NCBI GenBank assembly: GCA_964016885.1 | Contig: OZ024742.1 | Span: 371,566,001-371,630,000, forward strand | Length of the DNA stretch: 64,000 nt | Origin: Eledone cirrhosa | Taxonomy: Eukaryota | Reading direction: 5' to 3' | Shown here: positions 30,201-47,600 of the stretch, in pieces | Layout: every line of letters begins with the position of its first letter | Numbering within the stretch: the first letter of the stretch is position 1 | Made by a program: the position numbers and the translations under genes | Notes under the pieces: model-generated | Seen by the model: the letters and a program-made list of their open reading frames with translations, nothing else | What the model was told of the DNA's origin: nothing | The model's database searches: none

Positions 30201-32940
30201 TAATTATTGCTAGGAACATATAAAAATATAAAATAAATACAATTAATTATTGCTAGGAACATATAAACATATATAATAAATACAATTAACTATTGCTAGG
30301 AACATATAAACATATATAATAAATACAATTAATTATTGCTAGGAACCTATAAACATATATAATAAATACAATTAACTATTGCTAGGAACCTATAAACATA
30401 TATAATAAATACAATTAATTATTGCTAGGAACCTATAAACATATATAATAAATACAATTAATTATTGCTAGGAACATATAAACATATATAATAAATACAA
30501 TTAATTATTGTTAGGAACATATAAACACATATAATAAATACAATTAATTATTGCTAGGAACATATAAACATATATAATAAATACAATTAATTATTGTTAG
30601 GAACATATAAACATATAATATATACAATTAATTACTGCTAGGAACATATAAACATATATAATAAATATAATTAATTATTGCTAGGAACATATAAACATAT
30701 ATAATAAATACAATTAACTATTGCTAGGAACATATAAACATATATAATAAATACAATTAACTACTGCTAGGAACAAATAAACATATATAATAAATACAAT
30801 TAATTATTGCTAGGAACATATAAACATATAATAAATACAGTTAATTATTGCTAGGAACATATAAACATATAATAAATACAGTTAATTATTGCTAGGAACA
30901 TATAAACATATATAATAAATACAATTAATTATTGTTAGGAACATATAATAAATACAATTAATTATTGTTATGAACATATAAACATATATAATAAATACAA
31001 TTAATTATTGCTAGGAACATATAAACATATATAATAAATACAATTAACTATTGCTAGGAACATATAATAAATACAATTAATTATTGTTAGGAACATATAA
31101 ACATATATAGTAAATACAATTAATTATTGCTCGGAACATATAAACATATATAATAAATACAATTAATTATTGTTAGGAACATATAAACATATATAATAAA
31201 TACAATTAATTATTGCTAGGAACATATAAACATATAATAAATACAATTAATTATTGCTAGGAACATATATACATATATAATAAATACAATTAATTATTGC
31301 TAGGAACATATAAACATATATAATAAATACAATTAATTATTGCTAGGAACATATAAACATATATAATAAATACAATTAATTATTGCTAGGAACATATAAA
31401 CATATATAATAAATACAATTAACTATTGCTAGGAACATATAAACATATATAATAAATATAATTAATTATTGCTAGGAACCTATAAACATATATAATAAAT
31501 ACAATTAATTATTGCTAGGAACATATATAATAAATACAATTAACTATTGCTACGAACATATACACATATATCATAAATACAATTAATTATTGCTAGGAAC
31601 ATATAAACATATATAATAAATACAATTAATTATTGCTAGGAACATATAAACATATATAATAAATACAATTAACTATTGCTAGGAACATATAAACATATAT
31701 AATAAATACAATTAATTATTGCTAGGAACCTATAAACATATATAATAAATACAATTAACTATTGCTAGGAACCTATAAACATATATAATAAATACAATTA
31801 ATTATTGCTAGGAACCTATGAACATATATAATAAATACAATTAATTATTGCTAGGAACATATAAACATATATAATAAATACAATTAATTATTGTTAGGAA
31901 CATATAAACACATATAATAAATACAATTAATTATTGCTAGGAACATATAAACATATATAATAAATACGATTAATTATTGTTAGGAACATATAAACACATA
32001 TAATAAATACAATTAATTATTGCTAGGAACATATAAACATATATAATAAATACAATTAATTATTGTTAGGAACATATAAACATATATAATAAATACAATT
32101 AATTATTGCTAGGAACATATAAACATATATAATAAATACAATTAATTATTGCTAGGAACAAATAAGCATACATAATGAATACAATTAATTATTGCTAGGA
32201 ACATATAAACATATATAATAAATACAATTAATTATTGTTAGGAACATATAAACATATATAATAAATACAATTAATTATTGTTAGGAACATATAAACATAT
32301 ATAATAAATACAATTAATTATTGCTAGGAACAAATAAACATATATAATAAATACAATTAATTATTGCTAGGAACATATAAACATATATAATAAATACAAT
32401 TAATTATTGCTAGGAACATATAAACACATATAATAAATACAATTAATTATTGCTAGGAACATATAAACATATATAATAAATACAATTAATTATTGCTAGG
32501 AACAAATAAACATATATAATGAATACAATTAACTATTGCTAGGAACATATAAACATATAATAAATACAATTAATTATGGCTAGGAACATATAAACATATA
32601 CGATAAATACGATTAATTATTGCTAGGAACATATAAACATATATATTAAATACAATTAATTATTGCTAGGAACATATAAACATATATAATAAATACAATT
32701 AATTATTGTTAGGAACATATAAACATATAATAAATACAATTAATTACTGCTAGGAACATATAAACATATATAATAAATACAATTAATTATTGCTAGGAAC
32801 ATATAAACATATATAATAAATACAATTAACTATTGCTAGGAACATATAAACATATATAATAAATACAATTAACTACTGCTAGGAACAAATAAACATATAT
32901 AATAAATACAATTAATTATTGCTAGGAACATATAAACATA
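27270..32940. repeat. Dispersed higher-order duplicate of about 16260-22050 (boundaries approximate)
   Basis: GGTACAAA (16862/27870) and GTGAGG (17847/28855) recur at +11008. TAAGCATAC (21277/32166) recurs at +10889, after loss of three monomers (33+43+43=119 bp). A third copy begins near 48540 (GTGAGG at 48562). Confidence 0.85.
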
Positions 32941-35900
32941 TATAATAAATACAATTAATTATTGCTAGGAACATATAAACATATATAATAAATACAATTA
33001 ACTATTGCTAGGAACATATAATAAATACAATTAACTACTGCCAGGAACAAATAAACTTATATAATAAATACAATTAATTATTGTTAGGAACATATAAACA
33101 TATAATAAATACAATTAATTATTGCTTGGAACATATAAACATATATAATAAATACAATTAATTATTGCTAGGAACATATAAATATATATAATAAATACAA
33201 TTAACTATTGCTAGGAACAAATAAACATATAGAATAAATACAATTAATAATTGTTAGGAACAAATAAACATATATAATAAATACAATTAATTATTGCTAG
33301 GAACATATAAACATATATAATAAACACAATTAACTATTGCTAGTAACAAATAAACATATATAATAAATACAATTAATTATTGCTAGGAACATATAAACAT
33401 ATATAATAAATACAATTAACTACTGCTAGGAACATATCAACACATATAATAAACACAATTAACTATTGCTAGGAACAAATAAACATATACAATAAATACA
33501 ATTAATTATTGCTAGGAACATATAAACATATATAATAAATACAATTAATTATTGCTAGGAACATATAAACATATATAATAAATACAATTAATTATTGTTA
33601 GGAACATATAAACATATAATAAATACAATTAATTACTGCTAGGAACATATAAACATATATAATAAATATAATTAATTATTGCTAGGAACATATAAACATA
33701 TATAATAAATACAATTAACTATTGCTAGGAACATATAAACATATATAATAAATACAATTAACTACTGCTAGGAACAAATAAACATATATAATAAATACAA
33801 TTAATTATTGCTAGGAACATATAAACATATAATAAATACAGTTAATTATTGCTAGGAACATATAAACATATAATAAATACAGTTAATTATTGCTAGGAAC
33901 ATATAAACATATATAATAAATACAATTAATTATTGTTAGGAACATATAATAAATACAATTAATTATTGTTATGAACATATAAACATATATAATAAATACA
34001 ATTAATTATTGCTAGGAACATATAAACATATATAATAAATACAATTAACTATTGCTAGGAACATATAATAAATACAATTAACTACTGCCAGGAACAAATA
34101 AACTTATATAATAAATACAATTAATTATTGTTAGGAACATATAAACATATAATAAATACAATTAATTATTGCTTGGAACATATAAACATATATAATAAAT
34201 ACAATTAATTATTGCTAGGAACATATAAATATATATAATAAATACAATTAACTATTGCTAGGAACAAATAAACATATAGAATAAATACAATTAATAATTG
34301 TTAGGAACAAATAAACATATATAATAAATACAATTAATTATTGCTAGGAACATATAAACATATATAATAAACACAATTAACTATTGCTAGGAACAAATAA
34401 ACATATATAATAAATACAATTAATTATTGCTAGGAACATATAAACATATATAATAAATACAATTAACTACTGCTAGGGACATATAAACACATATAATAAA
34501 CACAATTAACTATTGCTAGGAACAAATAAACATATATAATAAATACAATTAATTATTGCTAGGAACATATAAACATATATAATAAATACAATTAATTATT
34601 GCTAGGAACATATAAACATATATAATAAATACAATTAATTATTGCTAGGAACATATAAAAATATAAAATAAATACAATTAATTATTGCTAGGAACATATA
34701 AACATATATAATAAATACAATTAACTATTGCTAGGAACATATAAACATATATAATAAATACAATTAATTATTGCTAGGAACCTATAAACATATATAATAA
34801 ATACAATTAACTATTGCTAGGAACCTATAAACATATATAATAAATACAATTAATTATTGCTAGGAACCTATAAACATATATAATAAATACAATTAATTAT
34901 TGCTAGGAACATATAAACATATATAATAAATACAATTAATTATTGTTAGGAACATATAAACACATATAATAAATACAATTAATTATTGCTAGGAACATAT
35001 AAACATATATAATAAATACAATTAATTATTGTTAGGAACATATAAACATATAATATATACAATTAATTACTGCTAGGAACATATAAACATATATAATAAA
35101 TATAATTAATTATTGCTAGGAACATATAAACATATATAATAAATACAATTAACTATTGCTAGGAACATATAAACATATATAATAAATACAATTAACTACT
35201 GCTAGGAACAAATAAACATATATAATAAATACAATTAATTATTGCTAGGAACATATAAACATATAATAAATACAGTTAATTATTGCTAGGAACATATAAA
35301 CATATAATAAATACAGTTAATTATTGCTAGGAACATATAAACATATATAATAAATACAATTAATTATTGTTAGGAACATATAATAAATACAATTAATTAT
35401 TGTTATGAACATATAAACATATATAATAAATACAATTAATTATTGCTAGGAACATATAAACATATATAATAAATACAATTAACTATTGCTAGGAACATAT
35501 AATAAATACAATTAATTATTGTTAGGAACATATAAACATATATAGTAAATACAATTAATTATTGCTCGGAACATATAAACATATATAATAAATACAATTA
35601 ATTATTGTTAGGAACATATAAACATATATAATAAATACAATTAATTATTGCTAGGAACATATAAACATATAATAAATACAATTAATTATTGCTAGGAACA
35701 TATATACATATATAATAAATACAATTAATTATTGCTAGGAACATATAAACATATATAATAAATACAATTAATTATTGCTAGGAACATATAAACATATATA
35801 ATAAATACAATTAATTATTGCTAGGAACATATAAACATATATAATAAATACAATTAACTATTGCTAGGAACATATAAACATATATAATAAATATAATTAA

Positions 35901-38900
35901 TTATTGCTAGGAACCTATAAACATATATAATAAATACAATTAATTATTGCTAGGAACATATATAATAAATACAATTAACTATTGCTACGAACATATACAC
36001 ATATATCATAAATACAATTAATTATTGCTAGGAACATATAAACATATATAATAAATACAATTAATTATTGCTAGGAACATATAAACATATATAATAAATA
36101 CAATTAACTATTGCTAGGAACATATAAACATATATAATAAATACAATTAATTATTGCTAGGAACCTATAAACATATATAATAAATACAATTAACTATTGC
36201 TAGGAACCTATAAACATATATAATAAATACAATTAATTATTGCTAGGAACCTATGAACATATATAATAAATACAATTAATTATTGCTAGGAACATATAAA
36301 CATATATAATAAATACAATTAATTATTGTTAGGAACATATAAACACATATAATAAATACAATTAATTATTGCTAGGAACATATAAACATATATAATAAAT
36401 ACGATTAATTATTGTTAGGAACATATAAACACATATAATAAATACAATTAATTATTGCTAGGAACATATAAACATATATAATAAATACAATTAATTATTG
36501 TTAGGAACATATAAACATATATAATAAATACAATTAATTATTGCTAGGAACATATAAACATATATAATAAATACAATTAATTATTGCTAGGAACAAATAA
36601 GCATACATAATGAATACAATTAATTATTGCTAGGAACATATAAACATATATAATAAATACAATTAATTATTGTTAGGAACATATAAACATATATAATAAA
36701 TACAATTAATTATTGTTAGGAACATATAAACATATATAATAAATACAATTAATTATTGCTAGGAACAAATAAACATATATAATAAATACAATTAATTATT
36801 GCTAGGAACATATAAACATATATAATAAATACAATTAATTATTGCTAGGAACATATAAACACATATAATAAATACAATTAATTATTGCTAGGAACATATA
36901 AACATATATAATAAATACAATTAATTATTGCTAGGAACAAATAAACATATATAATGAATACAATTAACTATTGCTAGGAACATATAAACATATAATAAAT
37001 ACAATTAATTATGGCTAGGAACATATAAACATATACGATAAATACGATTAATTATTGCTAGGAACATATAAACATATATATTAAATACAATTAATTATTG
37101 CTAGGAACATATAAACATATATAATAAATACAATTAATTATTGTTAGGAACATATAAACATATAATAAATACAATTAATTACTGCTAGGAACATATAAAC
37201 ATATATAATAAATACAATTAATTATTGCTAGGAACATATAAACATATATAATAAATACAATTAACTATTGCTAGGAACATATAAACATATATAATAAATA
37301 CAATTAACTACTGCTAGGAACAAATAAACATATATAATAAATACAATTAATTATTGCTAGGAACATATAAACATATAATAAATACAGTTAATTATTGCTA
37401 GGAACATATAAACATATAATAAATACAGTTAATTATTGCTAGGAACATATAAACATATATAATAAATACAATTAATTATTGTTAGAAACATATAATAAAT
37501 ACAATTAATTATTGTTATGAACATATAAACATATATAATAAATACAATTAATTATTGCTAGGAACAAATAAACATATATAATGAATACAATTAACTATTG
37601 CTAGGAACATATAAACATATAATAAATACAATTAATTATTGCTAGGAACATATAAACATATACAATAAATACAATTAATTATTGCTCGGAACATATAAAC
37701 ATATATAATAAATACAATAAATTATTGCTAGGAACATATAAACATATATAATAAATACAATTAATTATTGTTAGGAACATATAAACATATAATAAATACA
37801 ATTAATTACTGCTAGGAACATATAAACATATATAATAAATATAATTAATTATTGCTAGGAACATATAAACATATATAATAAATACAATTAACTATTGCTA
37901 GGAACATATAAACATATATAATAAATACAATTAACTACTGCTAGGAACAAATAAACATATATAATAAATACAATTAATTATTGCTAGGAACATATAAACA
38001 TATAATAAATACAGTTAATTATTGCTAGGAACATATAAACATATAATAAATACAGTTAATTATTGCTAGGAACATATAAACATATATAATAAATACAATT
38101 AATTATTGTTAGGAACATCTAATAAATACAATTAATTATTGTTATGAACATATAAACATATATAATAAATACAATTAATTATTGCTAGGAACATATTAAC
38201 ATATATAATAAATACAATTAACTATTGCTAGGAACATATAATAAATACAATTAACTACTGCCAGGAACAAATAAACTTATATAATAAATACAATTAATTA
38301 TTGTTAGGAACATATAAACATATAATAAATACAATTTATTATTGCTTGGAACATATAAACATATATAAAAAATACAATTAATTATTGCTAGGAACATATA
38401 AATATATATAATAAATACAATTAACTATTGCTAGGAACAAATAAACATATAATAAATACAATTAATAATTGTTAGGAACAAATAAACATATATAATAAAT
38501 ACAATTAATTATTGCTAGGAACATATAAACATATAATAAATACAATTAATTATTGTTAGGAACATATAAACATATATAATAAATACAATTAATTATTGCT
38601 AGGAACATATAAACATATAATAAAAACAATTAATTATTGTTAGGAACATGTAAACATATATAGTAAATACAATTAATTATTGCTCGGAACATATAAACAT
38701 ATATAATAAATACAATTAATTATTGTTAGGAACATATAAACATATATAATAAATACAATTAATTATTGCTAGGAACATATAAACATATAATAAATACAAT
38801 TAATTATTGCTAGGAACATATAAACATATATAATAAATACAATTAATTATTGCTAGGAACATATAAACATATATAATAAATACAATTAATTATTGCTAGG

Positions 38901-38948
38901 AACATATAAACATATATAATAAATACAATTAATTATTGCTAGGAACAT

Positions 38949-39010
38949 CATCATCATCATCATCATCATCAACGTTTAACGTCCGTGTTCCACGCTTGCA
39001 TGGGTTTGGA
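38949..39010 (-). mobile_element. 62-bp RTE subfamily-B 3'-end stub, copy 3
   Basis: Same sequence and junctions as copy 1. Confidence 0.95.
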
Positions 39011-42000
39011 AAATACAATTAACTATTGCTAGGAACATATAAACATATATAATAAATATAATTAATTATTGCTAGGAACCTATAAACATATATAATAAAT
39101 ACAATTAATTATTGCTAGGAACCTATAAACATATATAATAAATACAATTAATTATTGCTAGGAACATATAAACATATATAATAAATACAATTAATTATTG
39201 TTAGGAACATATAAACACATATAATAAATACAATTAATTATTGCTAGGAACATATAATAAATACAATTAACTACTGCCAGGAACAAATAAACTTATATAA
39301 TAAATACAATTAATTATTGTTAGGAACATATAAACATATAATAAATACAATTAATTATTGCTTGGAACATATAAACATATATAAAAAATACAATTAATTA
39401 TTGATAGGAACATATAAATATATATAATAAATACAATTAACTATTGCTAGGAACAAATAAACATATAGAATAAATACAATTAATTATTGCTAGGAACATA
39501 TAAATATATAAATATATAATAAATACAATTAATTATTGCTAGGAACATATAATAAATACAATTAATAATTGTTAGGAACAAATAAACATATATAATAAAT
39601 ACAATTAATTATTGCTAGGAACATATAAACATAAATAATAAATACAATTAACTATTGCTAGGAACATATAAACATATATAATAAATACAATTAATTATTG
39701 CTAGGAACATATAAACATATATAATAAATACAATTAACTATTGCTAGGAACATATAATAAATACAATTAACTACTGCCAGGAACAAATAAACTTATATAA
39801 TAAATACAATTAATTATTGTTAGGAACATATAAACATATAATAAATACAATTAATTATTGCTTGGAACATATAAACATATATAATAAATACAATTAATTA
39901 TTGCTAGGAACATATAAATATATATAATAAATACAATTAACTATTGCTAGGAACAAATAAACATATAGAATAAATACAATTAATAATTGTTAGGAACAAA
40001 TAAACATATATAATAAATACAATTAATTATTGCTAGGAACATATAAACATATATAATAAACACAATTAACTATTGCTAGTAACAAATAAACATATATAAT
40101 AAATACAATTAATTATTGCTAGGAACATATAAACATATATAATAAATACAATTAACTACTGCTAGGAACATATCAACACATATAATAAACACAATTAACT
40201 ATTGCTAGGAACAAATAAACATATATAATAAATACAATTAATTATTGCTAGGAACATATAAACATATATAATAAATACAATTAATTATTGCTAGGAACAT
40301 ATAAACATATATAATAAATACAATTAATTATTGCTAGGAACATATAAAAATATAAAATAAATACAATTAATTATTGCTAGGAACATATAAACATATATAA
40401 TAAATACAATTAACTATTGCTAGGAACATATAAACATATATAATAAATACAATTAATTATTGCTAGGAACCTATAAACATATATAATAAATACAATTAAC
40501 TATTGCTAGGAACCTATAAACATATATAATAAATACAATTAATTATTGCTAGGAACCTATAAACATATATAATAAATACAATTAATTATTGCTAGGAACA
40601 TATAAACATATATAATAAATACAATTAATTATTGTTAGGAACATATAAACACATATAATAAATACAATTAATTATTGCTAGGAACATATAAACATATATA
40701 ATAAATACAATTAATTATTGTTAGGAACATATAAACATATAATAAATACAATTAATTACTGCTAGGAACATATAAACATATATAATAAATATAATTAATT
40801 ATTGCTAGGAACATATAAACATATATAATAAATACAATTAACTATTGCTAGGAACATATAAACATATATAATAAATACAATTAACTACTGCTAGGAACAA
40901 ATAAACATATATAATAAATACAATTAATTATTGCTAGGAACATATAAACATATAATAAATACAGTTAATTATTGCTAGGAACATATAAACATATAATAAA
41001 TACAGTTAATTATTGCTAGGAACATATAAACATATATAATAAATACAATTAATTATTGTTAGGAACATATAATAAATACAATTAATTATTGTTATGAACA
41101 TATAAACATATATAATAAATACAATTAATTATTGCTAGGAACATATAAACATATATAATAAATACAATTAACTATTGCTAGGAACATATAATAAATACAA
41201 TTAATTATTGTTAGGAACATATAAACATATATAGTAAATACAATTAATTATTGCTCGGAACATATAAACATATATAATAAATACAATTAATTATTGTTAG
41301 GAACATATAAACATATATAATAAATACAATTAATTATTGCTAGGAACATATAAACATATAATAAATACAATTAATTATTGCTAGGAACATATATACATAT
41401 ATAATAAATACAATTAATTATTGCTAGGAACATATAAACATATATAATAAATACAATTAATTATTGCTAGGAACATATAAACATATATAATAAATACAAT
41501 TAATTATTGCTAGGAACATATAAACATATATAATAAATACAATTAACTATTGCTAGGAACATATAAACATATATAATAAATATAATTAATTATTGCTAGG
41601 AACCTATAAACATATATAATAAATACAATTAATTATTGCTAGGAACATATATAATAAATACAATTAACTATTGCTACGAACATATACACATATATCATAA
41701 ATACAATTAATTATTGCTAGGAACATATAAACATATATAATAAATACAATTAATTATTGCTAGGAACATATAAACATATATAATAAATACAATTAACTAT
41801 TGCTAGGAACATATAAACATATATAATAAATACAATTAATTATTGCTAGGAACCTATAAACATATATAATAAATACAATTAACTATTGCTAGGAACCTAT
41901 AAACATATATAATAAATACAATTAATTATTGCTAGGAACCTATGAACATATATAATAAATACAATTAATTATTGCTAGGAACATATAAACATATATAATA

Positions 42001-44551
42001 AATACAATTAATTATTGTTAGGAACATATAAACACATATAATAAATACAATTAATTATTGCTAGGAACATATAAACATATATAATAAATACGATTAATTA
42101 TTGTTAGGAACATATAAACATATATAATAAATACAATTAATTATTGCTAGGAACATATAAACATATATAATAAATACAATTAATTATTGCTAGGAACAAA
42201 TAAGCATACATAATGAATACAATTAATTATTGCTAGGAACATATAAACATATATAATAAATACAATTAATTATTGTTAGGAACATATAAACATATATAAT
42301 AAATACAATTAATTATTGTTAGGAACATATAAACATATATAATAAATACAATTAATTATTGCTAGGAACAAATAAACATATATAATAAATACAATTAATT
42401 ATTGCTAGGAACATATAAACATATATAATAAATACAATTAATTATTGCTAGGAACATATAAACACATATAATAAATACAATTAATTATTGCTAGGAACAT
42501 ATAAACATATATAATAAATACAATTAATTATTGCTAGGAACAAATAAACATATATAATGAATACAATTAACTATTGCTAGGAACATATAAACATATAATA
42601 AATACAATTAATTATGGCTAGGAACATATAAACATATACGATAAATACGATTAATTATTGCTAGGAACATATAAACATATATATTAAATACAATTAATTA
42701 TTGCTAGGAACATATAAACATATATAATAAATACAATTAATTATTGTTAGGAACATATAAACATATAATAAATACAATTAATTACTGCTAGGAACATATA
42801 AACATATATAATAAATACAATTAATTATTGCTAGGAACATATAAACATATATAATAAATACAATTAACTATTGCTAGGAACATATAAACATATATAATAA
42901 ATACAATTAACTACTGCTAGGAACAAATAAACATATATAATAAATACAATTAATTATTGCTAGGAACATATAAACATATAATAAATACAGTTAATTATTG
43001 CTAGGAACATATAAACATATAATAAATACAGTTAATTATTGCTAGGAACATATAAACATATATAATAAATACAATTAATTATTGTTAGAAACATATAATA
43101 AATACAATTAATTATTGTTATGAACATATAAACATATATAATAAATACAATTAATTATTGCTAGGAACAAATAAACATATATAATGAATACAATTAACTA
43201 TTGCTAGGAACATATAAACATATAATAAATACAATTAATTATTGCTAGGAACATATAAACATATACAATAAATACAATTAATTATTGCTAGGAACATATA
43301 AACATATATAATAAATACAATAAATTATTGCTAGGAACATATAAACATATATAATAAATACAATTAATTATTGTAAGGAACATATAAACATATAATAAAT
43401 ACAATTAATTACTGCTAGGAACATATAAACATATATAATAAATATAATTAATTATTGCTAGGAACATATAAACATATATAATAAATACAATTAACTATTG
43501 CTAGGAACATATAAACATATATAATAAATACAATTAACTACTGCTAGGAACAAATAAACATATATAATAAATACAATTAATTATTGCTAGGAACATATAA
43601 ACATATAATAAATACAGTTAATTATTGCTAGGAACATATAAACATATAATAAATACAGTTAATTATTGCTAGGAACATATAAACATATATAATAAATACA
43701 ATTAATTATTGTTAGGAACATCTAATAAATACAATTAATTATTGTTATGAACATATAAACATATATAATAAATACAATTAATTATTGCTAGGAACATATT
43801 AACATATATAATAAATACAATTAACTATTGCTAGGAACATATAATAAATACAATTAACTACTGCCAGGAACAAATAAAATTATATAATAAATACAATTAA
43901 TTATTGTTAGGAACATATAAACATATAATAAATACAATTTATTATTGCTTGGAACATATAAACATATATAAAAAATACAATTAATTATTGCTAGGAACAT
44001 ATAAATATATATAATAAATACAATTAACTATTGCTAGGAACAAATAAACATATAATAAATACAATTAATAATTGTTAGGAACAAATAAACATATATAATA
44101 AATACAATTAATTATTGCTAGGAACATATAAACATATAATAAATACAATTAATTATTGTTAGGAACATATAAACATATATAATAAATACAATTAATTATT
44201 GCTAGGAACATATAAACATATAATAAAAACAATTAATTATTGTTAGGAACATGTAAACATATATAGTAAATACAATTAATTATTGCTCGGAACATATAAA
44301 CATATATAATAAATACAATTAATTATTGTTAGGAACATATAAACATATATAATAAATACAATTAATTATTGCTAGGAACATATAAACATATAATAAATAC
44401 AATTAATTATTGCTAGGAACATATAAACATATATAATAAATACAATTAATTATTGCTAGGAACATATAAACATATATAATAAATACAATTAATTATTGCT
44501 AGGAACATATAAACATATATAATAAATACAATTAATTATTGCTAGGAACAT

Positions 44552-44613
44552 CATCATCATCATCATCATCATCAACGTTTAACGTCCGTGTTCCACGCTT
44601 GCATGGGTTTGGA
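44552..44613 (-). mobile_element. 62-bp RTE subfamily-B 3'-end stub, copy 4
   Basis: Same sequence and junctions as copy 1. Confidence 0.95.
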
Positions 44614-47600
44614 AAATACAATTAACTATTGCTAGGAACATATAAACATATATAATAAATATAATTAATTATTGCTAGGAACCTATAAACATATATAATA
44701 AATACAATTAATTATTGCTAGGAACCTATAAACATATATAATAAATACAATTAATTATTGCTAGGAACATATAAACATATATAATAAATACAATTAATTA
44801 TTGTTAGGAACATATAAACACATATAATAAATACAATTAATTATTGCTAGGAACATATAATAAATACAATTAACTACTGCCAGGAACAAATAAACTTATA
44901 TAATAAATACAATTAATTATTGTTAGGAACATATAAACATATAATAAATACAATTAATTATTGCTTGGAACATATAAACATATATAAAAAATACAATTAA
45001 TTATTGATAGGAACATATAAATATATATAATAAATACAATTAACTATTGCTAGGAACAAATAAACATATAGAATAAATACAATTAATTATTGCTAGGAAC
45101 ATATAAATATATAAATATATAATAAATACAATTAATTATTGCTAGGAACATATAATAAATACAATTAATAATTGTTAGGAACAAATAAACATATATAATA
45201 AATACAATTAATTATTGCTAGGAACATATAAACATAAATAATAAATACAATTAACTATTGCTAGGAACATATACACATATATAATAAATACAATTAATTA
45301 TTGTTAGGAACATATAAACATATATAATAAATACAATTAATTATTGCTAGGAACATATAAACATATATAATAAATACAATTAATTATTGCTAGGAACATA
45401 TAAACATATAATAAATACAATTAATTATTGTTAGGAACATATAAACATATATAATAAATACAATTAATTATTGCTAGGAACATATAAACATATAATAAAT
45501 ACAATTAATTATTGTTAGGAACATGTAAACATATATAGTAAATACAATTAATTATTGCTCGGAACATATAAACATATATAATAAATACAATTAATTATTG
45601 TTAGGAACATATAAACATATATAATAAATACAATTAATTATTGCTAGGAACATATAAACATATAATAAATACAATTAATTATTGCTAGGAACATATAAAC
45701 ATATATAATAAATACAATTAATTATTGCTAGGAACATATAAACATATATAATAAATACAATTAATTATTGCTAGGAACATATAAACATATATAATAAATA
45801 CAATTAATTATTGCTAGGAACATATAAACATATATAATAAATACAATTAACTATTGCTAGGAACATATAAACATATATAATAAATATAATTAATTATTGC
45901 TAGGAACCTATAAACATATATAATAAATACAATTAATTATTGCTAGGAACCTATAAACATATATAATAAATACAATTAATTATTGCTAGGAACATATAAA
46001 CATATATAATAAATACAATTAATTATTGTTAGGAACATATAAACACATATAATAAATACAATTAATTATTGCTAGGAACATATAAACATATATAATAAAT
46101 ACAATTAATTATTGTTAGGAACATATAAACACATATAATAAATACAATTAATTATTGCTAGGAACATATAAACATATATAATAAATACAATTAATTATTG
46201 TTAGGAACATATAAACATATATAATAAATACAATTAATTATTGCTAGGAACATATAAACATATATAATAAATACAATTAATTATTGCTAGGAACAAATAA
46301 ACATACATAATGAATACAATTAATTATTGCTAGGAACATATAAACATATATAATAAATACAATTAATTATTGTTAGGAACATATAAACATATATAATAAA
46401 TACAATTAATTATTGCTAGGAACAAATAAACATATATAATAAATACAATTAATTATTGCTAGGAACATATAAACATATATAATAAATACAATTAATTATT
46501 GCTAGGAACATATAAACATATATAATAAATACAATTAATTATTGCTAGGAACAAATAAACATATATAATGAATACAATTAACTATTGCTAGGAACATATA
46601 AACATATAATAAATACAATTAATTATGGCTAGGAACATATAAACATATACGATAAATACAATTAATTATTGCTAGGAACATATAAACATATATAATAAAT
46701 ACAATTAATTATTGCTAGGAACATATAAACATATATAATAAATACAATTAATTATTGTTAGGAACATATAAACATATATAATAAATACAATTAACTATTG
46801 CTAGGAACATATAAACATATATAATAAATACAATTAACTACTGCTAGGAACAAATAAACATATATAATAAATACAATTAATTATTGCTAGGAACATATAA
46901 ACATATAATAAATACAGTTAATTATTGCTAGGAACATATAAACATATAATAAATACAGTTAATTATTGCTAGGAACATATAAACATATATAATAAATACA
47001 ATTAATTATTGTTAGGAACATATAATAAATACAATTAATTATTGTTATGAACATATAAACATATATAATAAATACAATTAATTATTGCTAGGAACATATA
47101 AACATATATAATAAATACAATTAACTATTTCTAGGAACATATAATAAATACAATTAACTACTGCCAGGAACAAATAAACTTATATAATAAATACAATTAA
47201 TTATTGTTAGGAACATATAAACATATAATAAATACAATTAATTATTGCTTGGAACATATAAACATATATAATAAATACAATTAATTATTGCTAGGAACAT
47301 ATAAATATATATAATAAATACAATTAACTATTGCCAGGAACAAATAAACATATAGAATAAATACAATTAATTATTGCTAGGAACATATAAATATATAATA
47401 AATACAATTAATTATTGCTAGGAACATATAAACATATAATAAATACAATTAATAATTGTTAGGAACAAATAAACATATATAATAAATACAATTAATTATT
47501 GCTAGGAACATATAAACATATATAATAAATACAATTAATTATTGTTATGAACATATAATAAATACAATTAATTATTGTTAGGAACATATAAACACATATA

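Larger units (their letters stand above)
33980..45270. repeat. Tandem higher-order duplication with a period of about 5.6-5.7 kb (boundaries approximate)
   Basis: CCTATGAAC recurs at +5689 (36255/41944). TAAGCATAC (36601/42204) and the RTE stub (38949/44552) recur at +5603, the 86-bp difference being two monomers. Confidence 0.85.
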